Positions 51,158 to 64,000 of a stretch of DNA of 64,000 nt are shown in pieces. A program made the translations under genes and the position numbers. The DNA comes from Paecilomyces variotii. Taxonomy: Eukaryota. Each line of letters starts with the position of its first letter. Position 1 is the stretch's first letter. The notes under the pieces were generated by a model. It was not told the origin of the DNA, ran no database searches, and was given only the letters and a program-made list of their open reading frames with translations. Where the stretch lies: NCBI GenBank assembly GCA_004022145.1, contig RCNU01000010.1; one strand, written 5' to 3'.

Positions 51158-53627
51158 TTAATTAGCGCGGATAACAAGTTTGGACACGAATTTGTTCGAC
51201 AAGCAATCAAAGTTATCGCGGCTGAAGGTCGAGCTGGGACGCGTGCGAAGATAGGCCTCTGTGAGAACGGTCAGCGATGTGTAGTCAATTGAATCTTGAC
51301 TGGCTGCATAGTCATACCATATTCAGTGACATGTCGTCGGACTTCGGTCATGGTGTTGCAGACATCGGGATTCGAGTTGAGCAGGTGGTGATGCTTGTGA
51401 GTCTCCCAATCCGTAAAGGCTGGCAGCTTCTGGGAGATGGCTTGGAAAAGACCCACGATAACCCCGACGGGCGTGGTCTCCATGTCATTGCAGAACTTCT
51501 CCACGGCAGCCGCATCCTAACAATGGCGTTAGCAGGGCATTTCTCGAAAATAACGGCAGAACTACGAAACTTACGGGAACACGGTAATGGCAGTCAAACT
51601 GCATCTCCTCCCATACTGCGAGCAGAATGGATGCCAGAATGAAAATGGTTGGCCAGTTCTTCAGCTTGTCACCGCTGTAAACGCTGGAGTAGAGAGCCGA
51701 CAACTCTTCCAAGACGTCCTTCTGGAGCTCACGCCACATGTTCGCCATGGCGCACTTGACTTGGAAGTTGATCATGACCGGAGCCATCGTCTTGCCCTTG
51801 AACTTGGAGGTCTCGTCCTTGATCTTTCCAACAAATCCCTCCTCCTCGCCGATACCTTCGACCATGGTCACGTGAAGCGTCAGGTTGTACGCCAGAATGA
51901 GCTTGAGAGCCTTGCGGATCACGGGGAGCTTCGTTCGGAAATAGAAGCGGAAGGCGGTCTTCAGCATCTGCGTCAAGAATGGCGTCCCCTCGAAGTAGTC
52001 ATCAACGAACTTCTCGAAGCTGCCGTTACCGTCGATGTGGCGGTCGAGATAATCCGACAACATGGCATGTGAGATGCCTTCCATCCCAGCCGATAGCTTA
52101 GCGGTGGCAACCTCATACTGAGTAGGTTCACGGTGCATGCTTTCTACCCAGTCCATGTTGAAGCACTCGTCATCTCGCACATAAACTTCGCGAGCATTAA
52201 TTGGGAGGATCTGGCCATAGCCGTGGGTCACGAAAAGAGTCCTCTCATGCTCAGAAAAGCCCTTGATATTGCCGACGGAGAATCCGAGGGTCATGTGTCG
52301 CTCATAGTCCGCCTTCCAGTCCTTCATGAAGTACCCGATCTCCTTGATGTCAATCCTGGTGCAGGGAACCTGCCACAACCTAGCATGGGATGGCTGGCAA
52401 CCAGCGCACGGTTCTCCCTTGTCGCACTGTTTTGGGGATTAGCTTAAAATTCAAACGGGAAACTAATCGGGGTCCCAATCTTACAGTCTTCTTCAAGAAC
52501 TTGCACCGCAGACAGGCTCTCAACTTCCTGATCTCGCTAGCCTGTTTGCGCTGGTCTGGCTTCAGGGGACCCTTCCTCTTTCCAACACGCTTCTCAGTTT
52601 CCGGCTTTCCACTTTGCGACTGCTTGCGGACCTTGGTCTCCGCCGTCTTCGCAGCGATCGGGCTCTTGCGAGACGGTTTCCTGCTGGGAGGAGAAGCCGA
52701 CGAAGATGAGCCGGACGAACGAGTCGGAGAAGATGACTTGTTGACAGGAACCGGCATTGGTCGCACAATAGCAACTGGGCTAGCAGTGACCGGGCTGACG
52801 GCAGTAGGAGATTGGGAGCCATGGGAGGTGTGATCATACGAGACACGTCGACCCACAGAGGAGGTGTACATCGACTCAAACGAGTCCGAGCAGGGCGAAT
52901 TCACCGGGTTCACATTGACGTAGCCATCAAACGAGGTGCGCGGGTGCTGGTCCAGATCGGAATAAGAAGACTCCGACAGAGTTCGGTCGTGCAGAGTGTG
53001 CGTCGGGTTGATGAAAATGCCTTGCTCCGGGAAGAAGTCAATGGAACGACGATTCTCGATAGTAGTCCAGCCATTATCGCTGCTCGAACTCGTCAGAGAG
53101 CGGACTTCCAGGTACGTATCCGTAGGCGAACTGCTGTCCGGCAGATTCGGCTGAGGCTGGTACAGAGGCATATCCGGCAGTCCATCGGGAAAAGCCATCA
53201 GGTCAGAATGGAAGTTTTGATAGGAATAAGGCATCTCGACCGGCGCAGACATAGGCAGATAGGATCCGTCCAAGAGGCTCGTTTCCAGATGTCCTTGAGT
53301 CGCAGGCATGAGCTCTACGGGCGATGCTTGCAGAGGCATGCCATAAGTCGACGTGAAGTGGTGAGCTGCCGATGAGTGCTCATCCTGAGGATATTGCAGG
53401 TGGGGATGCAGCTGTTGAAATTGCCAATCCGCCATCAGGTGAGAATCGTGAGCGACGGCCTGCTCGAAGGCGTGACCGCTGGTTTGCAAAGGTGAGATGT
53501 CTCGCCTTCCATCCGCTCGCTGACCACTCTGGTCCACCGCCACGGGCCAATTCTGGGGCTGAAGATAGCCTCTCGAGTCGTAATCGAGCCCGACGAGGCC
53601 ATCGTTGGTGATATCAACATTGGACAT
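51158..53627 (-). CDS. Zn(II)2Cys6 transcription factor with a centrally located zinc cluster, 4 exons
   Basis: ATG at 53627 (MSNVDITNDG). The spliced cluster is RACLRCKFLKKT|CDKGEPCAGCQPSHARLWQVPC. The last exon AYLRTRPSSTFSRDNFDCLSNKFVSKLVIRAN* ends at 51158. Confidence 0.88.
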
Positions 53628-56242
53628 GCTGGATGCCGCAGGTTCGTCAACAGCGAACAACCGGCTGCTGTATAAAAAAAGGATTGTCCAGGGAGGAAGG
53701 AGACCGTGAAGCCTGGAAAGAAGGGCTTCACAGATCGAGACGCCCAAAATCCGGGGGACACGAGAGGAAAAGAGAGCGAGAGGTTCATGGGATTAGGCGG
53801 CCCAGAGCCGGGCGGTGGGGGAGCAAAGCGGCGGTGAAGGAGGATGCGCTGGTTGAGATACGCTAGAGACTCTTGGAGGTTAGTTATCGCTATCGCGGGC
53901 TTGCGTTACTGGCGGCTGGGGTGACCCGTCAGATGACGGCGGCAGTTGCGGCCCCAGTCTAAATGCCACGCCGTCCCGTGGCTAACTCGGTTTGTACCTG
54001 CGAAGTACCTCGCGGCGCCCATATTTGAGACAGCATTCGTGTGTTGGTCGAAGCTTCGGTTGGGATCTACCCAGTCCTGCAGTGGCACTACACTGTAAAT
54101 AGAAGCCATTATTCTTTTTTTTCTTTCTTTTTGGCCCTTTTGGAGCTATTCACGACTAAATACTATTTTAGCAGTTGTTGTTGTACGGTAGTACATCGCA
54201 GTTTTGCCGCATTGTGTACAAATGTAGTCCGTTGAACCGAGACATGGTATACACTACTGTCTAGTATCTAGGGCAACGTATCTAGATGATTTTATTACGT
54301 GGTCTCAACGACAGGTACAGGACACTCTGGAATAAGGCTATAGAGTCAATTGACTTGACTCACAAATTGCAACTGACTCAACGTTCTCCTTCACGGAGGG
54401 GGCTGGGGGCCACCTTATACTACTACCAACTTACTACTACTTGTAATTGTAGGTATACTCCGTAGTGAGGCGAGACACGGGTCACGGCCCGAACCCCGGG
54501 AAGGAACATCAACCAGGGTTGGAACGGGAGGAACATCAATGGGTACTTGGCCCTTTCGCCCTACTCGAATCAGAATAGGGTTAAACACGCCGGGCCGTGT
54601 TGATACGCCCCAAGAGGGCTGTGGCAATTGGGATCCGACCAGACCCCCCGCCGTGGGCAAGTCATCCGTCCCGTGCCCGGCTATCCAATCAATCCGCCCA
54701 TGATCATACCTTCAACTTGTTGGCTCTGTGCATGCATGAGAAAATGCATCAGGATTGTCCGTGCGGGCGAATGGAAGCACAGCGAGTGCGCCGTCCAGGT
54801 CTTTTTGGTTCGATTGCTTGATGGAATTCATCGTCACGCAGCGTCGTGGATGGCTGATGCAAGGATCTGGGAGCAACTTTGTGTAGGGTGTAGACTAGAA
54901 CTACTAGAACTAGGAAGGAAAAAAAAAAAAAAGACACCACACTCTCTGCAGCCCCCGTGCTGCTTGTTTGGGCTGGCAAACCCATCAGGATGAGCCGACT
55001 GGATTCTCAGCAGATCGGAGGATCCTTTAGTGTCCGGCCCAGACAACCCTGCCACAGGATAAAGTTCCCCGTTGCGTCTGAGCGGGGTTCTATTGATCTA
55101 TCTAGTGGGGAATTATTTCGTGATAGCAGCAAGAAGAAGTAGATCTCTTTCCTGCTCCTCGGTTGTCAGATAGATCACCAAGGTCACGGCGTTTTAGTTA
55201 CCGTTCGAGAACAAGTTGCCACGACTGAGTTGGCAAAAAAGAAAATACCCGATCTGGATAACTACGAGGGCCGTATCTACCTACTCTCTGACGGGGTCAC
55301 ATTGTGATAATAATAATGAACGAGAATGGGTTTGCTCTTTGTCCTCGCTACGGATAAGATACGAGAGCGCTATCGCACGCAAAAGAAGCACTCTTATCTC
55401 GGGAAGTTTATTATTCCCATCTTACGTGCAGCTGTCATCATAAACCATGCTTATACATTTACTTCATATTGCGTGCGCCCGCTGTGGCATGATCAAAATA
55501 ACTCTGCATTGGCCAGGGACTCGTCGTTGACAACGTGTCGCATCCCGGAACAACCCCCCGTTAAAGGGCGCTGCTGAGCTATTGGCTCTGATATATCGGT
55601 TAATGCATCAAGTACAGTCATGCAGGCGCAGGTTCGCACATTGCGCATTCCTTTGCGGAAGCTCTCATCCTACCATTTCCCACGGTCGATGTTATCATCG
55701 CTCACTTATAGCAAAACAAGCTCCGTTCCTCGTGAAAGGCCGCAGCAGGATTTCCACATGACCAGAATCGAGCGATTGTGGCATTATATTATTGTAGATA
55801 GAGTAAATCTCCTGGGCGCTCTTGGCGACGGTTTTTTCGTAGCTATGTGGCTATCCCTTTGGTCCCGCACAAGAAACCCCCCTCACCAAAAGATATCCGA
55901 ATAGTCCAGGGCTGTAATTTCGAAGATAAACATTTCCGCGCGAAATGGCAGTAATATATATGAAAATTCAGCCTTGAGCCACCAAGGCTGCTGCCGCACT
56001 GAGTTTATTGACGGATTCCTGCGCAACTGGTGTCTTCGCCCAGTTGGGGTTCTTTGTGGGAAATGGAGGGGCTCGGCGGGGAACACCTGGCTGGGCCCGA
56101 CAACAATACCTACACAAAGCACCATATATAATTTTGGAAGGATATCTGAGTTGAAATAAGGGGATGACAATAGGATTCAATAGTTGGCTGCTCACTTTCT
56201 CTGTTCTATGTGATAAAAAGAAGACCATCCACAGCGGCTTCC

Positions 56243-58242
56243 ATGCCTTCTGTTTCAGTGTCAGGAAAATACCGTCGAAAAGTTCGTTTTCCGTCAAGCA
56301 GCAGGCCCATTCCACCAGTGTCCCACAAGAAAATCCTGCGTGAGTCGGGTGACAAAGACTCTCACGGGGACGGTGACCAATCTAGCGTGTCTGGCTCGAA
56401 AGATCAGGCACCACGAAAGCAGCGCAGCAAGATGGCTGTGAGCGAAGAGCATCCTAGCATACCCAGGCTGTTCAAGGAACCACCTCCGATCCGGGACAGC
56501 TTGTCTACAGAGACCTCAGAACTCCAATATGAGACTCTAGAAAAATGTCTTCCATTCCTGAAAGGGACAGAAAGCAGTCTGATAGGCTCTCTAAACGAGC
56601 ACGGAGTGCCGGCACTCCAAAAGGATGATCACATTGAATACCTGTATGATTCCTTAGAGGACTACCCGAGTAACTTCGTGGGCATCGATTCCAGCCGTCC
56701 TTGGATGGCCTATTGGGCCCTTGCTGGTCTGTCTCTTCTGGGTGAAGATGTTACAAAGTATCGTGAACGGTGAGGCATCCAGAGTATCTTCTTCTCCCAA
56801 TCTACGTTTGATTATTGAATTCCACCTTTGTTTTCCCCGTGTTTTGTACTCTTCATAAGGAAAAGATAGATAATTCTTCTTGTCTGAGAATTGCTAATGA
56901 TGAAACCCTACAGAGTGATCACTACATTTACTCCTATGCAGAATGCCACTGGTGGGTTTGGCGGGGGTCATGGCCAGCTGTCTCATTGCGCATCAACTTA
57001 TGCTGCAGTTCTTTGTTTGGCGATGGTCGGGGGAGAAGATGCCTTCAGTATCATCGATCGAGAAGCGATGTACGTGTTTATTGCCCATATTGCATGGACC
57101 AACTGTTTCAAGCTTCTAATTCTGGATATCAGGTGGAGATGGCTGGGTGATGTGAAGCAACCCGATGGAGGCTTCCAAATGTCTGTCGGCGGCGAGGAAG
57201 ACGTGCGGTAAATCTCCGTCCCAATTGCCCCACCATACTAGTGATAGCTTCTGATATTAACGATATCAGAGGTGCGTACTGTGCTATGGTGGTCATCTCT
57301 CTGCTGGATCTGCCGCTCGAATTGCCACCTGAGGCTGCAGCCAGACAAGCCGGTTTAGATACGTTCTTGAGTGGATTGCCAGAATATCTCGCAAGATGTA
57401 ATGGTTTGAGAGTTTACCCCCGGTCTTGATCACGCATTGACAGACAGAGTTTAGGTCAAACATTCGAGGGTGGCATCTCTGGAAGCCCCGGAACGGAAGC
57501 ACATGGTGCATATGCTTTCTGTGTCCTGGCGTGTTTATGTATCCTGGGGAAGCCAGAGGAGACCATTGCCCGGTATGCGCCTGTATGCTCTCCACTTGCC
57601 AACTGTCATTGCTAAGGTTTCTAGGTACATGGATATCCCGCTCCTGTTATCCTGGCTCTCTGCTCGACAATACGCACCTGAGGGAGGTTTCTCCGGAAGA
57701 ACCAACAAATTAGTCGATGGATGCTACAGTCATTGGGTAGGAGGTTGCTGGCCTCTGCTCCAGGCTGCCCTCAATGGCACACAGTCCCTATCGCAGCCCG
57801 TGCAACCGTCTGTTGGCAGCCTCTACAGCCGTGAAGGGTTGACGAGATACATACTCGCCTGCTGCCAATCAAAGAGAGGCGGCCTCCGTGATAAACCTGG
57901 AAAGTACGTTGCGACAACACCCCTAGTATTCATGTGGCGATGGATCTGTTGACAAGAAGAAGGCACCCTGATTCGTATCATACCTGTTACACATTGACAG
58001 GGTTAAGCAGTCTCCAGAATTATCACTTCCACACGGACGACTCATCCGCATCCCGTAGTGTTTTCAGTTCCGCTTTCTCCTGGAAGTATACGCCTATCGT
58101 CTCGTCTTCTCAGGTTGAAGCTGATGTAAATGTTTTTGACGAGCGTGACAGGCTGCAAGCATTTCATCCAATTTACAGTATACCTCACAAGGCAGCGGAG
58201 AACATGCGTGCGTGGTTCGAATCGAGAAGCCTCGTACTCTAA
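56243..58242 (+). CDS. RAM1: Protein farnesyltransferase beta subunit, multi-exon
   Basis: Prenyltransferase repeats: DSSRPWMAYWAL, GGFGGGHGQLSHCASTYAAV, GGEEDVRGAYCA, EAHGAYAFC, EGGFSGRTNKLVDGCYSHW, GGLRDKPGK.PDSYHTCY. Confidence 0.95.
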
Positions 58243-60473
58243 AATGCAAGCTTCCGCGGCAATGGAGAGGGTTAGTTTAGCCTGGCCGGCATGTGTATTA
58301 TTAGGAATGGAGTTATGCGATATTTGAGAGCATATAACTAGTCGTGAAAATGTCACTGTTGTCAAGGGGTCCAGACCGGGTCTCATGGCGAAAGGTGTCA
58401 TCGGCGCGGTATCGTCCCTACTCTAGGTACCTAGAGTGAGTGGCTAAGTAGTAGACTTGGCTGAGCAATCTCTTAAAATGGCATCTAGGCGGGGTACAGA
58501 GCATACTGTGCTTGATCTCGCCGCCAGATCCAATCACGTATTATTCTGTCTATTGCTTCGATACTTCTCTCTTTTTATATACCAGAGATTCGTGAAGAAA
58601 TAAGATGCAGAAACCATAAGAGCGTACGGCCAATGAGCCAGCGCCCTTGGCCGTGAATCTCGCCCGCACGAGACCTGCTGTCGACGGTGTGCAACATCAA
58701 CTCTCCCGTCTTTGCCCCCTGTTTCTGCCACCAGAGTCAACAGAGCAAACGCTGACCGTTTAACTCCAGGTTGTTCAGGGTTACTGGCCGCCATCGAATC
58801 CATTGCGTGCGAGACGCTGCTGGGAACCTCGAGTTTACGATAACCTCAACGAGCCGGCGACCCCGGTCCAAGTCTATTTCTTGCCCGCCTCCTTGGCGCT
58901 TGCTCGAGCGGCAAGTTGGACTCTTTTTTGACTCCATGGAGCCTGGAGAGACGGGCAGAACACGGTGGGGTTTTCTAGGCATCCGGAAAAACCGCCATCG
59001 CGGTTCTACCAGGCAGCTTCTGAGGTGCACAGCATGGCAGTTCTGTGGCTCCTGAGGAACGAAGAGGAAATATGCTTTTTGGATAAATCATCATCTGAGG
59101 ACGTGCCATCGTGCGTGATGGTCATCACACTCCCTCCGGAATCGCTGGTTACAAGATGTCCCGTCCTCTTCTGGAACGCGTCGCATGTGTTCCCCACTGC
59201 GAGGAGCGCCCAGCAGACTGCCAACTCATCAGTGCATCCGATGCGGCGACGCTTGTCCGTCGAATGATAGAGCACAGTTTGGAGGCGCTACGCCGGTACC
59301 CACGGCGAGAAGAAGTCTGCTCGCTATCACGATCCGCCAGAGGATCGCCTGCAAAGGAAGCGTTGTGCGATGCTCTCCACTCGTTCTCTCTCAGGTTCAG
59401 CAGCTCCCGAGTCCCAGTAAGTAGAACTCGGAGTCCAGCCCTTGACCCGACAAAGCGGTCAGCTTTCCTTTTGAGATCCCTGCCGAATGTCACAACCCGT
59501 CATGACAACTAAGGGAGGACTACTGACAATATGCTTGGCTTGGCCGAAATCTGATGGTACTGTTTTCCCCTGTCCGGACGTCAGCTTAGACGGGGGCACG
59601 TTCTGCGCAACGCGACTCCCAGATCTCCCCAATCATGAAGTACATTTAGTGGAAATCGACAGCGCTACCAGAATGCTCGACGCGCCACTTGAGGCGGTAG
59701 TTTCTGACGCGCTGCGGGGTTGAGACTCACGATGGCTCTGCCGTTGAAAGACGAGCCCCTTGATAGCGAATGATATCGGCACCGTTCTGCAGTGACAGTG
59801 GGCCTTACTAGGCCCAGCGTTTGAACGCGTTCTTTCAGGGTTGGAAGCCAATCTCTGATTCCTAGATCGGCGGCGCATCCTACGGTGATAGGTCAATGGG
59901 AAGCGCTCGATCTTAAGAAATCTATCACTGGTAAAGAGCCATGCCAGCACATCACGGTGAGAAACAGAAATGGCAGAAGGGAGATGAAAGCTCGCATTAT
60001 TACACACTGAGTAGCGACCAATCTGGAGAACACCAAAGCGACCTGGGACGTCGGTCCTCATGTCTATTTTCAGCCCCACCTTGTTCATTTGCAGTTGCAT
60101 TCAAGCACATTGTGCTGTCGACAGTGGCACGTCGTTTGCTTCAGCCGCCGGCTCTGCCGTCCACTTGTACAGTTTCTCCCCCGAGGACCAGCTGTCCTCT
60201 CTTAATTGACCCAGAAGTCGTCCTTCAATTCAATTCCTGATCTCTCCGGACTACCTGGACATCTTCATTTCTGAAGATCCACGACCGTATCCAGAAGGTC
60301 TGGTTGGCAGCAGCAGCTATATTCCAATTGCCATCAATGTGCATTTTGTGATTACGGAGCTTCTTACGGAATCAATTGCCTCCGACATTCCAGACTCCTG
60401 CGTCGATATCGTCAGCTTCCCTACTGGGAGAAGAAGGAAAAAGAATATCACTGGATCCAATTGCGCCGTTGAG

Positions 60474-61204
60474 ATGTATTACATCCTTTACTTGGCTAGT
60501 ACGTTACCATCCATTCACGTGCACCCCCTAATCTACATGGAAAAATTATAGCGAGAGCTATATCTTCAACTGCAATTGCACGATATTTTCTTAAGCTGCC
60601 CATGAAACACACTTGGTCTCTGGCCATTCAATATTACCCTTTCCCAGCAAGGCGACATGCCAGATCGGCCAATCCCAAGCCACTCCCCTCTAGTCTTATG
60701 ACAGACTCCCTCATTGGATCTGATTCAGCTGCAGCAGATATCTTTAGAAAACGTTTAGTGTTTCATAGCCAATAACCATTTTGTACAGGTCTTTGCCGTC
60801 GTCGCCGTTGGGGTGATCCTCTATACGAAGCCTATTCCTGCCCCACAGGATATACATGCGTTGTGCGCGTCAATAATCGCGAATACCAGACAGACATAGT
60901 CTGCGAGTCGGAGACTCTGGCTCGCGAGAATGCTGCGATGCGTGCATACCTTATTTGCCGTAACTTTTCGGTCAACGACGGGATGTATCCCGCTGGACAT
61001 GACCATGGAGGAGTGGTGCAGGGCGTTCCCGTAGCCATAGGCACCGGCCGGAGGGGCCGCTTCAATGACGATACAGACACATCGACCAGTGCAGGAAGCA
61101 GAAGCGGTGGCAGCAGCCCAGAAAGCTACGAAGGCCGGGTTGGCTTCGATCGTCGAACATCTGGCCCGGCTAGGGCTCTCGCCTACAGCGGTCGTGCCTT
61201 ATAA
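60474..61204 (+). CDS. Small protein (146 aa) with a dsRNA-binding-domain-like fold, 2 exons
   Basis: Exon 1 60474-60498 (MYYILYLA), intron 60499-60788 (GTACGT..TACAG) and exon 2 give SLCRRRRWGDPLYE...GYTCVVRVNNREYQT...LARENAAMRAY. This matches the alpha-beta-beta-beta-alpha dsRBD pattern. Confidence 0.72.
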
Positions 61205-62237
61205 GCCGAGCACCTGCGGCTACCATTTTATTTTCCCGTGGACAGGGACGACATCGAGTTTGGTTTTCAGGAGATCAGGGTGTACAAAGGGGGACAAAAA
61301 TTACGACGTTATGACTTTCATGAATATTTTCTGGTTCTTATAGATGGAAAGAAAATTCAGCCTGAGCAACGACATGTTTCTCACTGACAGATGCGATGAT
61401 AACGACGATCGGGCTAATGACTGATAGAATGTACTGCTCCTCTCGGATTTTTTTTTTCTTTCTCTTATCTCTTTTCCGGTAACTCAGCGGTTTCAAACTC
61501 TCTCTGGGTCATGTCAATGGTGCGTAGCGCAACATTGTTCGTTTCTCTTCGAAATCGCGTGGAGGCCAGCTGTTGATTTCAGGGGCGGAGCTTGTGGTAT
61601 TTCTCTTCCTGCTGAGGCTTATGGTAGGCGTTACTATCTCCGCCTTCAATGAGACGTCGACTTGACAGTGCTATTTCACTGGATTGGTCACCATGAATCT
61701 TCGTCAATGAGCTATTGAATACTAGTTCATAATCTTCAGTGCACTTCTTTCGTGGCATTATCGGATCAAGTTGCCAGTCCTTGCACATAGTTGCGCGGGA
61801 GCGCTTCTGACGGTTGCAATAAGCTCTAGATAGATAGTTCCCATAGCCTTCAGAATACCGTCTGTCAATTGCCCTATCTACGGCCCATCAAGCTTACAAT
61901 TACTGTATGTTCGTTTTATACTCCTAGCAGGAGGTCCCTTAAACGTCATAGTTGCCTGAGGCAGAAATAGATAGACGAATTTGCATTGTTTGCATGGCCG
62001 AACCAGTGATGACGTAGATGACGGCCCGCGTACCTGACAATATCCAAGGACAGTACAGGATCTAACAAGATCAGCCCCAAAGCTGGGGAGAACAGCGTAG
62101 TTATAAGCAATTTCTCCGTATACTCAAAAAAATCCCCTAGAGAAAAACATCCTGTTCCCCATCCAGGTTATCATGCGCTTCAAGGCACCCTGTCCCTACG
62201 CTTCCCGCTGCTAGGCTACTTAAGTATCTCACGAACC

Positions 62238-63840
62238 ATGAGTTACGTTCCGGGCCGCGCAGTAGTAGCTGTCGCTCGCCCTTCGCTACGCTGCGCATCA
62301 CCCAAGGTTACAACGGCTTGGAAACCGGCTGCTACTACTACCGTCCCCCTCGCGAAGACCTTCTCTACATACCGTGTTCGACCTACGTCAAGAACAATTG
62401 AGGCGGCTCCACGAATATGGAATCGACCACAATCGGTGGTTCTCGGTGGTGTCTATCTCCTACATGTTCGACAATATGGCTCCGAACCAGCAAACAAGGA
62501 GAGCCAGAGCGATGACCCGGAATATCTGAGGACAATTGAAGAGATCAGGAAGAAACAGCGTGAGACTCCGTGGCAGCGAGAGGGTTCGAGCGAGTCTCCG
62601 GTGCGCAAGCAGCGGTCTGCTACTGCAATGACCAAGGGTAAGACATGGCATCCTCGCAATGACAATGGATTTTCCCATCTGAATAGATGCTGATGTATTG
62701 GAACTCATAGGGAAGCTTCTAACCACCCCCTCGCGACTCTTGAAACTCATACTACCGGTAACGACTCGCGACCATAACGATGACCGGAAAGGTACGGACA
62801 GTCCTATCGAACTCCTGGGATATAGAGGCTAATTTATATCCATAGATATCGAGCCCTTGGCTCTTCTGGTGCATCCTCAACAACCCCTGTCTTACTTGGA
62901 ACGGCTCATCCAAGCAGAAATACCTCCCGTCAAGGCTGCCGATGGCAATGTGAAGCCTCCATCGATCTCTTTCATGGCGATGGAGATAGAAGACGATGTA
63001 GTGAAACCGAGACCTGCAAAGGATCAAAAGGACGTTGAAGAGCAAAAACAAGAGGAGGCGCAGCCTCGTCGCTCGCGCAAGAAGGGTGGTCCGATCGAAG
63101 ATTCGCATAGATACTTGGAACGACCAGACCCGGCGGAAAGCGGCCAGACTCAGCGGTTCGTCCGCTGGTCGGCTTCCACGGAGGTTGGAGATTTTATCAG
63201 AGACGCGGCCCGCGCGAAGGAATTCATCGTGGTTATTGAAGGATCGCCTCTTGGCGAAATACCCGTCGCAGTGCCCTCGTTTGAAGATCGGACTTACTAT
63301 TTGAGGATGAGGCTAAGGAAAGTGTCGAAAGAGCTGAAGAGTATGGCCGTGATCAAAGAGGAGTGTGATGCGCTCGCCCATCGCGGGGCACAGAGGGTTG
63401 CGATGGGTGGTTTTGGTGTTCTCGTCTTCTGGTGGTACCTGGTCTATCGGTTGACTTTCGAAACGGACCTGGGATGGGACACCATGGAACCAGTGACCTA
63501 TCTGGTCAGTTTGTCTACGCTAATGGGCGGTTACCTCTGGTTCCTGTACCACAACCGAGAAGTGTCTTATCGATCTGCTCTTGATTTCACTATCAATAAA
63601 CGCCAGCAAGCCTTATACCAAACGAAGGGTGTGGATCTACAGCGGTGGGAATCGCTCATTGACGAGGCCAATTCATTAAGAAGGGAGATTAAGTCCATCG
63701 CCGCCGAGTACGACGTGGACTGGGACGAAAAAGCAGACGAAGGAGATGAACGAGTCACCAGAGCATTGAAGCAGGACAGAAAACAAAAGAACGGAAAGTC
63801 CCGAGACTCGAACTCGAAGGAGGACGAGGAAGACGAGTGA
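62238..63840 (+). CDS. mcuA: Mitochondrial calcium uniporter, 3 exons
   Basis: Presequence, then MTK|GKLLTTPSRLLKLILP and ALLVHPQQPLSYLERLIQ. Two TMs flank the selectivity motif WDTMEPVTY. Introns are about 62638-62710 and 62792-62846. Confidence 0.93.
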
Positions 63841-64000
63841 AACAACCGGAACCCCAAAGAAATATTTTTGTCCCTTTCCAGCCATTATTGCCTAGTTGTC
63901 CAGAAGCGCCCATCCGTTCTGTCAGTGAGTGCCGTTTCTGACAGGATCATAATATCCCTTTTTGACCTGTTGCACGTTTCCTGCTGTTGTTGTCTTTGCG

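Noticed and set aside
58500-60300. Multiple overlapping 80-155 aa ORFs on both strands
   Set aside because: No domain-like content or consistent gene structure. This is likely promoter or UTR of the downstream small gene.

Overview
Eukaryotic, intron-containing DNA from a filamentous ascomycete. An Aspergillus/Paecilomyces-like Eurotiomycete is inferred from gene content and short GT-AG introns with CTAAC/CTGAC branch sites. The left 13 kb is a compact proline/hydroxyproline-type catabolic cluster: P5C dehydrogenase, a Put3/PrnA-like Zn2Cys6 regulator, an amino-acid permease, an ornithine cyclodeaminase/mu-crystallin (PrnX-like) protein and an intronless Ser/Cys-type proline-racemase-family enzyme. 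Every promoter in it carries a shared CGG-N8-CCG inverted motif (9 copies found by eye), which suggests a self-regulated regulon. The remainder is mostly core genes: an ELL-like factor, an RMD1/RMD8-family protein, a 4-finger C2H2 TF, COQ3, an ENA Na+/K+-ATPase, ETP1/BRAP2, polyubiquitin, a Zn2Cys6 TF, RAM1, a small dsRBD-like protein and MCU. These are interrupted by a ~5 kb accessory-looking patch holding a degenerate HNH-domain gene and a Tri101-like acyltransferase. Gene models were spliced by eye and family calls rest on motif recognition, with no database searches run.
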